Shown: positions 27,574-37,847 of the stretch, one piece after another
Layout of the letters: the number at the start of each line of letters is the position of its first letter
How positions within the stretch are numbered: the stretch's first letter is position 1
IMG/VR virus record: IMGVR_UViG_3300028304_000465
DNA length: 64,000 nt
Source: a virus
Strand: one strand, 5' to 3'
The notes under the pieces: model-generated
The model's input: the letters and a program-made list of their open reading frames with translations, nothing else
What the model was told of the DNA's origin: nothing
The model's database searches: none
Position numbers and translations under genes: made by a program

Positions 27574-29328
27574 ATGGAAGAACTGGCACAGCAGGTTGCA
27601 GAGGCCGACACTGGCCTCGATAACGAAGAGGTTTTAATGGAACGCTGGCAGGGCCGTCCTGATCTCGTTATTGAAGACCTGTTCCAAGTACGCGACCTCG
27701 AAACAAAGTCTGTCGAGAATCTGAAACTGACAGACTACCAGCGGCAGTTTGTTCATGCTGTTTGGTACGGTGATGAGGGAACCACGGCAGTCCTGAAGGG
27801 CCGCCGAACAGGATATTCTTTCATTACCTGCGCGACAATTCTTACATACTGCCTGCTCAACCCACACGCTTTCGTCGCAATCACTGCTCCGTCGAAGTCA
27901 CAGGCAAAAGACCGTATTGAGGACATCTACGATCTCCTCGATTGGTTTCGCTTAGAGGTCGAGCCACCCGTTGACAACCGAGACGAGATTCAGTTGCCTA
28001 ACGGGGCGACGATGATGGCTTTCAGCGGCTCTCCCGACACTTCTCGGGGAGCAGATAGCGCTGACATCCTTTTTGTAGATGAAATGGCCTTTATTGAGGA
28101 CCAAGAAGAGGCGATGCGGGCATTTAGCCCGTTCGTGGCGCTTGGTGATGCTCAGACGGTCCAGATTAGCACACCAAATCGCTCAAACGACCTCTTCATG
28201 AAGGACATCGAGCGTGGGTCGCCTACGGGTGAGAACGGTATTATTGCTATTGAGCAACCCGCGTTCAGGAATCCCGATGAAATTGACATCCACCGCTCGC
28301 TTTTCGAGCAAGATGTCGAGGCGGTCATGCCGTACCTCAACATTGAGAAGGCTGAAAAGGACCGTCTTCGGGACCCAATGGGTTTCCAGCAGGAGTATCT
28401 GTGTAAGCCCGTCTCTGACGAGTACCGATTCCTCTCGAAAGATAAGATAGAAGATGCTCAACGGCGTGGGGCGGCAAATCCCGACGCCTTCGAGAACGGT
28501 ACTGGTGGCGGCAAAGCCACAAATGAGCCGCACTACTGGCATCCTGCAACACACGCCCGTGCTGGTGGGAAGATGGTAATGGGCGTAGACATAGGTGTCA
28601 GTGGCGGTGACGACACCGCTGTTGCGGTCTTTGAACACGCGGGGGATAGACGGTTCCTCCGCTTCCACACGACTCTCGGGCGCGAAGACCTGCGTGCGTT
28701 GGACGTGTACCCGAAGAACCCGTCGAACCCCGAGGCGGTCGGGAACTACATCTACCGCCTTGCGAACAACATGGGGGTTGAGAAGGTCTTCTTGGACATG
28801 ACCGGCCCCGGTGAGGGGTTCCAGCAGACAGTTCAGCAGAAACTCGGCAACCGCGCTCAAGGATTCAACTTCAGCGACTTGGATGAACTGGAGCGGATGT
28901 GGGGCGACCTGAACTTCGCTCTTCACAAGAATCTCATTCATTTGGTCCCCGACGAGAAGATTCACGATCAACTTGCGGCTATCGTGAAGGACCAGTCCTA
29001 CGAAGACACGAAACCGCGTTTCTCGGGGAAAGAACACGCTCCAAACGGCAAGGACGACCTTGCGATGGCGATTCTGCTTGCGGCCTACCCGCCTAACTTC
29101 AAGGCAGACCGCTCGACGGACCTTCATAGCCGAGATGGGGCCTACGGAGACGGTTACACCGACGAAAACACCCCAAAACCCGGAGAAGGCGAGCGCAAAT
29201 TGCGCGGAGCCACTGTTCAATCCGATGAGGGGGGTGGAAAGGCAGTCAAAGTTCGTGGCGGTGTATCGAGGCGGTCACAGAAGGACTACAAGGGGCGTCA
29301 TAAGCGGTCTTCAGGGCGTCGCAGATAA
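27574..29328 (+). CDS. terL: terminase large subunit
   Basis: Deviant Walker A LKGRRTGYS, Walker B ILFVDE, QISTP, FQQEYLC, RNase H-like MGVDIG...KDDLAMA. Confidence 0.93.
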   Translation: MEELAQQVAEADTGLDNEEVLMERWQGRPDLVIEDLFQVRDLETKSVENLKLTDYQRQFVHAVWYGDEGTTAVLKGRRTGYSFITCATILTYCLLNPHAFVAITAPSKSQAKDRIEDIYDLLDWFRLEVEPPVDNRDEIQLPNGATMMAFSGSPDTSRGADSADILFVDEMAFIEDQEEAMRAFSPFVALGDAQTVQISTPNRSNDLFMKDIERGSPTGENGIIAIEQPAFRNPDEIDIHRSLFEQDVEAVMPYLNIEKAEKDRLRDPMGFQQEYLCKPVSDEYRFLSKDKIEDAQRRGAANPDAFENGTGGGKATNEPHYWHPATHARAGGKMVMGVDIGVSGGDDTAVAVFEHAGDRRFLRFHTTLGREDLRALDVYPKNPSNPEAVGNYIYRLANNMGVEKVFLDMTGPGEGFQQTVQQKLGNRAQGFNFSDLDELERMWGDLNFALHKNLIHLVPDEKIHDQLAAIVKDQSYEDTKPRFSGKEHAPNGKDDLAMAILLAAYPPNFKADRSTDLHSRDGAYGDGYTDENTPKPGEGERKLRGATVQSDEGGGKAVKVRGGVSRRSQKDYKGRHKRSSGRRR

Positions 29329-29334
29329 TTTGTC

Positions 29335-30843
29335 ATGCAACAACAAAATTTCGTAAGCCCATCTGAAGAGGAATCTTCGCGGGACTTCTTTAGCGATTCT
29401 CCGAAGGGCGTCATTAAAAGTACGCAAAATACCGGAAGTGGTAGTGGGTCTGATCGTGGCTCTGAGTCTCCCGAACAGGAGATTCAAGCGCACCGCGAAA
29501 TAGCGTATACTGATCCTCACGTTCACGAGGCAGTTTTCACTCTCGTTGATTGGATTGTCGGTGACGGCTTTAACATCCAGCCGCGTTCCTTCGAGACAGC
29601 GTTGGAGCAAGGTACTGGAGAGGTTGCCGCTGACATCACGCAAGGAGGAGATATGCAGAATCTCTCGCCTGATGTTCAGAAGTCCGTTGCAGGCAAACTG
29701 AACGTTCTACTTCAGCCCTCGAAGTTCTGGACAGTATTCAACGATTGGGTCTATTACGCTATCGTTGACGGTCACGCCTTCATGGAAGTCGTCGTTGAAG
29801 ACGGGCAGTTCGAGCCGCGTCTACTCCCAACGGAGAACATGATGCGGAAGACGGACGAATACGGTCGAGTCACGGAATACCAACTTGATCCGCCCGCTGG
29901 CGCTGGTGGAGGCGCGACTTCAGGCCAAGAAAATTACATTTCCTACGAACCTCACGAAGTCGCTGAACTCTACTTCCGCAAGGAGCCAACCGAGGACTTC
30001 GGACGCTCCTTTATTGAACCCATCTCTGAAGTTGCGGACATTCTCCGCGACATGGAGTTGGACTACGCTCGGTTCGTTGCGACGAAGGCGTATCCGCCGA
30101 TTCTGTGGAAACTTGGAACAGAAGACGAACGATGGACTCCAGACCAGATTGACGGATGGCTCGATACGGTCGAAACAATCGAGCCGGACTCGATGCTTGC
30201 GGCGGGCCATGATGTAGAGAGCGAGGTCGTGGGAACGACTTCAACTTCCAGCACTGCTGGTGCGATGAGGCTCGAAGAGACGTTCCAACACTTCCAAGAT
30301 CGCATCGTCACCGGGCTTGGGGTTCCTGCTCTCATCATGAACATGGAGGCAAGCGGGCAAGGTGAAGCGGTCGCCACGATGCCCTCTTATAAGCGTCGCG
30401 TTCGACGCCTTCAGAACATCATCAAGGAGAGGGTTGAACAGCAAGTTCTGAAGTCTCTCGTCTTCGATTCGCTTGAAGAAGCGCCGAATACCATCCCTGA
30501 GTTCGAGTTTGGAGAGTATTCGAGCGCAGAAGAGCGGTTGGACGCGGATACGGCTATCAATCTGCTCAACAACGGTCTTCTCAAGCCCGAAGCCGCCGCA
30601 CGGCGGGCGGGCATCGACCCCGACTCCGAACTACCGGATGTGTGGGACTCTAATGATCTTATGACAGTTCTCAACGTTCTTGCTTCGACTGGTGACTCGA
30701 TACAGAATCCCGATGGAGGTTCCCCAACTGACACAGGTGGTGGGGCTGAGTCCTCCGGCGGTGAAGTAACTACTCGGCAAGACACCGGGGCCGACTCCTC
30801 GAACGGACGAAACAAGAAATCGGTGACGGAGGACGAAAGCTAA
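29335..30843 (+). CDS. portal protein
   Basis: Follows TerL; 502 aa; FG.S.I.P....D, GLGVP..I motifs. Confidence 0.85.
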   Translation: MQQQNFVSPSEEESSRDFFSDSPKGVIKSTQNTGSGSGSDRGSESPEQEIQAHREIAYTDPHVHEAVFTLVDWIVGDGFNIQPRSFETALEQGTGEVAADITQGGDMQNLSPDVQKSVAGKLNVLLQPSKFWTVFNDWVYYAIVDGHAFMEVVVEDGQFEPRLLPTENMMRKTDEYGRVTEYQLDPPAGAGGGATSGQENYISYEPHEVAELYFRKEPTEDFGRSFIEPISEVADILRDMELDYARFVATKAYPPILWKLGTEDERWTPDQIDGWLDTVETIEPDSMLAAGHDVESEVVGTTSTSSTAGAMRLEETFQHFQDRIVTGLGVPALIMNMEASGQGEAVATMPSYKRRVRRLQNIIKERVEQQVLKSLVFDSLEEAPNTIPEFEFGEYSSAEERLDADTAINLLNNGLLKPEAAARRAGIDPDSELPDVWDSNDLMTVLNVLASTGDSIQNPDGGSPTDTGGGAESSGGEVTTRQDTGADSSNGRNKKSVTEDES

Positions 30844-30849
30844 TAACTC

Positions 30850-31113
30850 ATGGACGAAGCAGAAAACGAACAACTTTCTGAAATCCATGAAGAAGTCCAA
30901 GGCTCTCACGCTCAGTTAGGCGCAATCAACGAACGAACGCGAAATATCGAGCGGAAACTGGAGAACGTGGAAACTGAGATAGACTCTAACACAGAGGACA
31001 TTAACGAACTTCAGGACAGCGTTAAGCGCAACACAACTATTCTCACTGGCTTCACTGGTGGAGTCAGCATGGTTCTGTTGTGGCTTTCGGACAAAATAAC
31101 GAGGCTATTCTAA
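30850..31113 (+). CDS. coiled-coil protein with C-terminal TM helix (XhlA/holin-like architecture)
   Basis: Heptad-rich N-terminus; ILTGFTGGVSMVLLWL. Confidence 0.6.
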   Translation: MDEAENEQLSEIHEEVQGSHAQLGAINERTRNIERKLENVETEIDSNTEDINELQDSVKRNTTILTGFTGGVSMVLLWLSDKITRLF

Positions 31114-31114
31114 C

Positions 31115-31858
31115 ATGGATAAACTTAATCTCGACCCTGAACTGTCGTTTGCCGCTTCTGCGGCGGACGCAACTGATGACCTCGATTTCGACTCCGAAGA
31201 GTTTCAGCGACACGCCGGAACTGGCTTCAACAAGTACGGTGTCCGTGAGAATTTTGATGAGTCGGGCGACATCGACTCCGTAGATGTCGTCTTTGAGGCA
31301 ATGGAACCCGGTCCCCCCGACAGACGGAACGGCGTTCGTATCACTGAGTCGTTCTTGAAGAACGTCGGGAAGAAGAACTACGGAAACCAACCTCCGCACC
31401 TGCTCGACCACAAGGCACAGGAATCCTTTGCCAACATCGGTCATGTCCGCGAGGTCTGGTTCTCGGAACAAGCCGGGAAGCTGGCTCTCATGGTTCGCGT
31501 CCCGAACACGGGCGCTCCGACGCACGATGAAGCCATCGCCCGGTATTCCAACGAGCCACCCGCGCTACGTAATGGCTCGGTGGGGTTCGGGAACAACTAC
31601 GAAGCAGTGCGAAACGACGACGGCGAACCTGAACTCGTGGACGGTACAATGCGCGAGTTCTCGACTGTAAACTTCCCCGGAGGCTACGATGAAGGGGGAG
31701 TCGCGGCGGCCTTCGCTGAAGCGGCGACAGATGCAGTGCTGGAGTTCGATGAAGACCCCCAAGGCGAAACGTCCGATCAGGGCGGGGATGGGTCAGAGAA
31801 CTCGGCGGCAAGCGACAACAAGACGTTCTCGACCACAATCGAGACGCGCACTTTCTAA
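31115..31858 (+). CDS. prohead protease (HK97-type)
   Basis: LLDH...IGHV, SVGF, REFSTVNFP. Confidence 0.8.
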   Translation: MDKLNLDPELSFAASAADATDDLDFDSEEFQRHAGTGFNKYGVRENFDESGDIDSVDVVFEAMEPGPPDRRNGVRITESFLKNVGKKNYGNQPPHLLDHKAQESFANIGHVREVWFSEQAGKLALMVRVPNTGAPTHDEAIARYSNEPPALRNGSVGFGNNYEAVRNDDGEPELVDGTMREFSTVNFPGGYDEGGVAAAFAEAATDAVLEFDEDPQGETSDQGGDGSENSAASDNKTFSTTIETRTF

Positions 31859-31861
31859 ATA

Positions 31862-32353
31862 ATGCAACTCAAGACTGTTACCTTTGAAGGCGATCTCGAA
31901 GATGCCGATGAGGGGCAACTGCGCTCCGCCATCGAGGACTTCGAAAAGGCACAGGAAGCGAACGCCGCCGAGTTCGAGGCGGCCAAGGAACGACTGGAAG
32001 ACACACTCGGTGACGACGCCGAGTTTGACGAGGTATTCGGTGAAGTCGAAGACTTCGCGGAAGCGAAGGAATCTCTCATCGAGACTATTACAGAGTTCGA
32101 CTCTTTTGAGGAAGCTCCAATGGCGGAGCGTGTTCTCCGCGATTCGGATTTCAGTGAACTCCGCGACTACGAAGCCTACTTCGCGGACCTCGACGCTGAC
32201 AACACCGATGAGGGTGGTGAAGGCGACGGGGATGGTGAGTTCAATGACATGGGCCAGCGTGGTCCCACGAACCCCGATGACGGTGACGCGGACGCAGAGT
32301 TCGCGCAGGAACATCTCTCCGGAATGCCGGGCTTCCAGCGGGGCGGCAACTGA
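31862..32353 (+). CDS. capsid scaffolding protein (putative)
   Basis: Very acidic and helical; between protease and capsid genes. Confidence 0.6.
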   Translation: MQLKTVTFEGDLEDADEGQLRSAIEDFEKAQEANAAEFEAAKERLEDTLGDDAEFDEVFGEVEDFAEAKESLIETITEFDSFEEAPMAERVLRDSDFSELRDYEAYFADLDADNTDEGGEGDGDGEFNDMGQRGPTNPDDGDADAEFAQEHLSGMPGFQRGGN

Positions 32354-32364
32354 GGTAATCTATC

Positions 32365-32913
32365 ATGACTGACTGGAACCTTTCGACTGGTGCTGAACAG
32401 CCCATCAACCGAACGGGCGCTCCTGAAGTGCAGGTCGTCGGAGACGACGTGCAGGGAACGCTCGTTGGCGTTGAGGACGATGGAAGCGGTAACTACCAAC
32501 TCGTCGCCGCTGACGCGCAGGCGGAGTCCAACGGCGGAGATGAGGTTGCCGCTCTCGGTGTTCTTCTGCCGGAGCGTATTGTGGACGAGACTGCGCTCGA
32601 TGAGACGCATCCGCTCTACGACCAGACAGAGCAACTGACGATGGAGAACCGCACGCTCAAGGGTGATCGTGCGGTCTTCGTGGCCTACGGCGTCGAAATC
32701 GTCAACGACGATGATGACACGTCGTTCGAACCGGGTCAGCCGGTGTATCTCGACGTGGGTGGTGGCTTCACGCAGACGAAGCCGTCTACTGCCGGGGACA
32801 TTCAACAGGCGGTCGGCGTCTGTCTGCCCCCGAACGACGACGCAGGCATCGGTACTGAGCAGGGCGACCGGCTTCTGCTCGACGTGGACCTGAAGAACTG
32901 GACTACGGCGTAA
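32365..32913 (+). CDS. head decoration/cement protein (putative)
   Basis: GQPVYLDVGGGFTQTKP..G...QAVG motif; directly before MCP. Confidence 0.6.
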   Translation: MTDWNLSTGAEQPINRTGAPEVQVVGDDVQGTLVGVEDDGSGNYQLVAADAQAESNGGDEVAALGVLLPERIVDETALDETHPLYDQTEQLTMENRTLKGDRAVFVAYGVEIVNDDDDTSFEPGQPVYLDVGGGFTQTKPSTAGDIQQAVGVCLPPNDDAGIGTEQGDRLLLDVDLKNWTTA

Positions 32914-32920
32914 TTCCCCC

Positions 32921-32932
32921 AAGGAATTAATT
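32921..32932 (+). promoter_or_regulatory. internal promoter for a probably leaderless MCP mRNA
   Basis: AAGGAATTAATT about 20 nt before the ATG at 32950. Confidence 0.5.
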
Positions 32933-32949
32933 TTAGGAGACTTTAATCT

Positions 32950-33921
32950 ATGGCAAGCCCCCGACACGGTGTCAAGACGAAGGACGGAGTTCCGCTGGAA
33001 GACCTTCTGGAACAGTCCCGGCGTCTCATCGACATCTACAATGACGCAGAGCGTCCCTTCGCGGACATGTTCGCAGAGTTCGTTGACCAGCAGACCTTCT
33101 ACAACGAACCGCAGAACGCGGACGTGTACTTCGAGGAACTGGCTGAAGGCGAACACCCGCGTACTGTCGTTCGTCAGCCCGACGACCAGCAAATCTTCAT
33201 CCGCGACAAGAAGTACGGTCGGTCGGTCGGCATGACGCAGGATTTCGTGGAGAAGAACACGGAACAGCGCGTCCTGCGACAGATTCGCACGATGCTGGAA
33301 GGCGCTGATAACACTCAGCGTGAACTTATCATGTCCGCGCTGGAGTCTGGCTACGCGCAGGGTCAGGAACTCTGGTACGACGTGCCTGACTACGGTGAAC
33401 ACTCGTTCACGCAGACGCACAGCCACCACTTCGAGGACACTGACGCGCTCTTCGATAACGACGGTAACGACGACACGGCCTACACGCCACATCGTCATAT
33501 CGAAGAGTCCAAGCGGGAACTCACGCACCACGGCTTCGACGGCCCCTTCGCGGCCCTCATCTCGACAGACTTCAAGTACAGCCTTCGGGACGAAATCTCG
33601 TGGGATGCGCAGTACCACATCCCGATGGCGAACAACATGCGGTCGGCTGACATCCACGATCTCGACATCGTGATCGACAACGTTCGGATGATCGAGTCGC
33701 CGTGGATGACCGGCAACCAGATGTGGGTCACGCAAGTCCAGAACGAGTCGCCGGTCAAGGTCTACGAAGACCAGCCCGTGCGTCTCCGGCAGGGTAGTGA
33801 GGGTGGTGGCCCCGTTCTCTCGCCCGGCGATCTCATGGGCGCGAACGCCGCCGCCCGTTGGGGCGTGAAGAACGTGGACCCGCTCCGCGCTGTCAAGGTC
33901 AACGCGACGCAACTCAAGTAG
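32950..33921 (+). CDS. major capsid protein (HK97 fold, putative)
   Basis: 323 aa, position in the head module, strongly optimized codons, KYGRSVGMTQD pattern. Confidence 0.8.
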   Translation: MASPRHGVKTKDGVPLEDLLEQSRRLIDIYNDAERPFADMFAEFVDQQTFYNEPQNADVYFEELAEGEHPRTVVRQPDDQQIFIRDKKYGRSVGMTQDFVEKNTEQRVLRQIRTMLEGADNTQRELIMSALESGYAQGQELWYDVPDYGEHSFTQTHSHHFEDTDALFDNDGNDDTAYTPHRHIEESKRELTHHGFDGPFAALISTDFKYSLRDEISWDAQYHIPMANNMRSADIHDLDIVIDNVRMIESPWMTGNQMWVTQVQNESPVKVYEDQPVRLRQGSEGGGPVLSPGDLMGANAAARWGVKNVDPLRAVKVNATQLK

Positions 33922-33933
33922 AGGTAGTCTGAG

Positions 33934-34386
33934 ATGGCTACCTCGGACAGCGAACTCATCGCAGAACTTCGCGTTCAGACCGGCTATTCGAGCCGAACGC
34001 TGTCCGACCCGGATTTCGAGTCTGTTATCGACACCGCGAGGCGTCATATCACGACTCGTCTTACAATCGGCTCGAATTGGACGGACTCGGAGTGGTACGA
34101 CGAGCCTGCTCGTGAAGAGGCCCTTTTCTGGACGACTGCTCTGTTTGCTCTCGCGGCAACAGGTGAACTCGACCGGAACGACATTCAGGTCGGGGGAATA
34201 GACACGAAAGCGCTTCTCGCCAACGACGACGGCGACATCACAGAGTGGTATCGGAACTCCGAGCAGGCAATTCGAGCGCTCTCTGCTGACCCCGATACAG
34301 GAACAAGTTACGGTATCACATCTGTCACGCGCGAAGACCAAGAGGACACGAACGAGCGCCCCACACGAGACGACGGAGGGGTCTAA
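33934..34386 (+). CDS. head-tail adaptor (putative)
   Basis: Position after MCP; gp6/gp15-like helical start. Confidence 0.6.
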   Translation: MATSDSELIAELRVQTGYSSRTLSDPDFESVIDTARRHITTRLTIGSNWTDSEWYDEPAREEALFWTTALFALAATGELDRNDIQVGGIDTKALLANDDGDITEWYRNSEQAIRALSADPDTGTSYGITSVTREDQEDTNERPTRDDGGV

Positions 34387-34389
34387 CGC

Positions 34390-34773
34390 ATGGTCGCCCG
34401 AGATATCTCCGCCTACATCGAGCGCATCGGCGGGCAACTCGTCACGGTCTACGAGCGTTCTGCTGAATCCGTAGACGAGTTTAACAACACCGAATGGGGT
34501 TTTGACGATGACCTCGACGGTGATGGTGAACCAACAGAGGCGCTTTGTGCCCGAACCTACCCAAACCGCAATACCGAGGCTGAAGGGGTCGAGGGCGACC
34601 GAAAACAAGACGTTCCACTATTCATGTTTCCACTCGATGAGTGGGAGAAAGTTGGCCCTAATGCCCGTATTGGTTACACAGAACACAACGGGTCGGAGAC
34701 GGTGTACGAACTGAAGTCACCGACGAGGTGGCCGACCCACGTCGAAGTGTTTGCTGAAGAAGTCGTCAATTAA
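34390..34773 (+). CDS. head closure/stopper protein (putative)
   Basis: Position; beta-rich, 127 aa. Confidence 0.55.
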   Translation: MVARDISAYIERIGGQLVTVYERSAESVDEFNNTEWGFDDDLDGDGEPTEALCARTYPNRNTEAEGVEGDRKQDVPLFMFPLDEWEKVGPNARIGYTEHNGSETVYELKSPTRWPTHVEVFAEEVVN

Positions 34774-34781
34774 TCTACCTT

Positions 34782-36815
34782 ATGCGCTTCGAGTACGAAT
34801 TTGAGGGTATTGAGAAGACGATTTCTGCTATCCGCCGTGGCATCACGGATGGAATGGAAGAATCGGCTGATTGGCTTCTCGATGCCGCTCAAGACGAAGC
34901 GCAAGACACCATCATGCGGAAGCGCCGCGTATGGCGTCACGAAGTTTACTCGTCTTTTTTCTCTGATGTCGAGCGAGAGAGCCCGACAAAAGTTTCGGGC
35001 AATCTGACTAACTACGCTCCACACGCTGAAGTTGTCAACGACGGACGAACGCCCGGCAAAGAAGCCCCGCAAGTTCAGCACATCATCGAGTGGGTCGATG
35101 ACAACATCAACGGAGGGTGGTCTAACTCTGGTGATGACCCGATGAGTGGGGGTGGTGAAGTCGATCAATCCCGCATAGTCAATTCCGGTGGTGATATTAC
35201 GGTCGAGTCTGAACCGACCGGGTTTAAAAACACCGAAGAGATACAGGAAGAGTTTGGCCTGGACTCGACGTACTACGTTGACGACCCTTCTCCATCTGGT
35301 TTTCGAAAAGGGAACGTCCACGTCGGGCAGAAGGTCGTTGTCTACGACGAGATAAACGCTACCTACTTTGACGGTGAAGTCACTCGCGTAACGGGCGCGG
35401 GACAAGTCGAAATCGATGATGGAGTCGTTACGCACACTATCAACGGTGGACCTGATGGTATTGATGACAAGTTCATCGTGGCTGGCGAAGAGTGGACGCA
35501 TCTCTCCTACGAAAACCAGATGGACGTGGTGAGCCGGGAGTTTCAGAGTGTTCCGCGAATTAGTAGTTACCCGGACTACTACAAGGAGGACCTGAACGAT
35601 GTCATCGCGGAGTACATGGCTGTTGTCGATGACCCAACCGAACTTCGGACGATGGCACAGCCTATTAATAAGTTCGGTACTCCAAGCGATTCACCAGCTA
35701 ATTCCCCATATGCACACGCCACTACAATAGACCAATATCTTGAGAAGTTATACGTTGCGTTCAGGCTCCCTGACGATGACGACCCAACAAAGCGCACTAA
35801 AGGTCGCATCAAAACTCTTCGGCACGAACTCGGTCACGTCTACGGCACATCGAAGGGATGGAACTACATGTCCGGTGCGCGAGACTCGTCAAAGGGCTGG
35901 GACCAAACCAAATCTTACAAAAACCGCAGGACAGTAGACTTCAATTACATTGAACAAGGCGGTCCCGGCAACCTCGTTCGGGATGAAGACGAACCTGTGG
36001 CCCCGCCGTGGGTCTACATGATGCTCAACGAGGAAGAGCGCGACAACGACAAGTACCCTGCGTATGAAGCGTGGAAGGACCACATCTACGAACAGACCGT
36101 CGTTGAAGCCCGAAGCACGCAAAAATTCAACTACGACCCGTACTACGATGGTCGCCCTGATGCCACATTCAACGCCGGTCCGTCGCCTGAAAAAGGAGAT
36201 TGGGTAAAAGTCTTCGACAACAAAGGTGGCGTAGAGCGCGACACTACTATCGAAAAGTTTGAACGTATTGACCCAGTAACTCGTGAACTTACAGTCACGT
36301 TCGATGACAATGGCTCTACGGAAACCATAACGCTTAACGAAGACGGAACATTCGATGATAGCCGGTATCACTACTCCAGATACGGAGAAAAAGATGCTGG
36401 ACGTGACGACCCTTCGGTCGATGAGGATAATATTGCTCCTGATCCGGGTTTCCAAAGCGACACCGAATCGGCCATTTTCCGCGAAGGCTTGAATAGAGCG
36501 CTCTTCAGGATGATGATTACCAACGAGTCGGGAACCAAAGAAGAAAAAGCCAAAACATTCCTGAAACGCTCTTACGCCGCCGCAAACGGTCAGGAAACAT
36601 TAGCTATCTTTATGGAAATTTTCCTTGAGCGTGGCAACAGCGGAGAGACAGATATTGAGGATGACGCACTGGACCTCTACGAACGTCACCCGGACTTTTT
36701 GTGGGCCGCGCATCAAAAGTTCGGTGTCCCACCGTGGCTTCAGAACCGAATGTCAACCGCAACCGGAAAGACGTGGCCTGAAATCGTGAACGAACTGGAG
36801 AACAAGTACGGATGA
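34782..36815 (+). CDS. HK97-gp10-like neck/tail-completion domain fused to a long extension with a zincin motif (677 aa)
   Basis: N-terminal ~110 aa with NYAPHAEVVNDGRTPG; RHELGH; distal YAAANGQETLA. Confidence 0.7.
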   Translation: MRFEYEFEGIEKTISAIRRGITDGMEESADWLLDAAQDEAQDTIMRKRRVWRHEVYSSFFSDVERESPTKVSGNLTNYAPHAEVVNDGRTPGKEAPQVQHIIEWVDDNINGGWSNSGDDPMSGGGEVDQSRIVNSGGDITVESEPTGFKNTEEIQEEFGLDSTYYVDDPSPSGFRKGNVHVGQKVVVYDEINATYFDGEVTRVTGAGQVEIDDGVVTHTINGGPDGIDDKFIVAGEEWTHLSYENQMDVVSREFQSVPRISSYPDYYKEDLNDVIAEYMAVVDDPTELRTMAQPINKFGTPSDSPANSPYAHATTIDQYLEKLYVAFRLPDDDDPTKRTKGRIKTLRHELGHVYGTSKGWNYMSGARDSSKGWDQTKSYKNRRTVDFNYIEQGGPGNLVRDEDEPVAPPWVYMMLNEEERDNDKYPAYEAWKDHIYEQTVVEARSTQKFNYDPYYDGRPDATFNAGPSPEKGDWVKVFDNKGGVERDTTIEKFERIDPVTRELTVTFDDNGSTETITLNEDGTFDDSRYHYSRYGEKDAGRDDPSVDEDNIAPDPGFQSDTESAIFREGLNRALFRMMITNESGTKEEKAKTFLKRSYAAANGQETLAIFMEIFLERGNSGETDIEDDALDLYERHPDFLWAAHQKFGVPPWLQNRMSTATGKTWPEIVNELENKYG

Positions 36816-37090
36816 CAGGTATACTCTTTCTCGCCGGACCTGACAACGAGAAGTATGGAACGGTCGAGATTAATTCCGATAGCGTTGACTGGACCTACAC
36901 CGGCCCTGACCCTGATGGGCGGGTCAAAGAATACCTGAAACGAGTCGAAGACAAGGACGCTTACGACTGGCATCCAGAAGTGGACCCGGACGCAACAGAG
37001 AAACAGTTCAACGAAATGTACATTCTTGAAATCTACAGGACGCTGGAATATTTTGACCATCCGGCTCGTGTTGTGACAAAGGGCCTCTGA
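36812..37090 (+). CDS. hypothetical protein (92 aa), coupled to the zincin fusion
   Basis: ATGA overlap. Confidence 0.7.
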   Translation: MTGILFLAGPDNEKYGTVEINSDSVDWTYTGPDPDGRVKEYLKRVEDKDAYDWHPEVDPDATEKQFNEMYILEIYRTLEYFDHPARVVTKGL

Positions 37091-37115
37091 CCACCCACCC
37101 TCATCGGTGCTAAAC

Positions 37116-37328
37116 ATGGCAGAAACAAACCCCGAAATAGAGGCGTTGATAGCGGAATACGGCGAGGAAACCGTCCGCGCCGCGTTCGCTATCGCTCAAT
37201 CAATCGGTGATGAAGGCTTTCCGGGCATCTATTTTAAAGAGGACGCAGAGCAGAAGATGCGCGAACGGAAGTTCATCGTTCACCGAAAGTGCGAGAAGCA
37301 CATCAACCGAAATCTTCGGACAGTCTAA
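37116..37328 (+). CDS. hypothetical protein (70 aa)
   Basis: MAETNPEIEALIAEYG... Confidence 0.6.
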   Translation: MAETNPEIEALIAEYGEETVRAAFAIAQSIGDEGFPGIYFKEDAEQKMRERKFIVHRKCEKHINRNLRTV

Positions 37329-37334
37329 TTTCAC

Positions 37335-37844
37335 ATGGACCTTACGGATGTAATTACAGAGTTCGTTAGTCACTTCGACACGAACGTATCGGCTCCTGTT
37401 CGTGTCTCTGGTATGGAGGACGAGCGGCCCGTTCCGCTTGTTCTCATCGAAGACTGGAACACGACGGACTACACATGGCACAACTCACAGTTCGCCGGTC
37501 AAGCTGTTGACCCCGATGATGGTGTGGAGAAACGCTACTTCCGCTTCTACTGGTCCATGCGCGTAGACCTGCTCATCCGTCATCACGACGACGTGCAGGC
37601 GCACCGGCTACTCGATGAGGTTCGGAAGGCGCTCATCGACGTGAAGCGCGACCCGCTGGCCTTCCACGGAGAACTGAACGCTCTCGATCTTCGCGGCTCT
37701 GGTGGCATCCAACACCAGTTCCTCGAATCAAAAGAAACGGAACTTCAGCAATCGTTCCGCGTTACGTCGTTCCACGAAGTCAAGGACGACAACTACGACA
37801 CGCTCGAAGAGATAGTCAACGACTTCACCCTCAAAGAAATCTAA
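37335..37844 (+). CDS. tail terminator protein (putative)
   Basis: Position before sheath; RPVPLVLIE motif. Confidence 0.6.
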   Translation: MDLTDVITEFVSHFDTNVSAPVRVSGMEDERPVPLVLIEDWNTTDYTWHNSQFAGQAVDPDDGVEKRYFRFYWSMRVDLLIRHHDDVQAHRLLDEVRKALIDVKRDPLAFHGELNALDLRGSGGIQHQFLESKETELQQSFRVTSFHEVKDDNYDTLEEIVNDFTLKEI

Positions 37845-37847
37845 CTT

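Noticed and set aside
32176-34608. 810-aa antisense ORF, and similar long antisense ORFs at 28183-29220, 57188-58240, 11161-11961
   Set aside because: They are mirror frames of strongly codon-biased real genes on the opposite strand.
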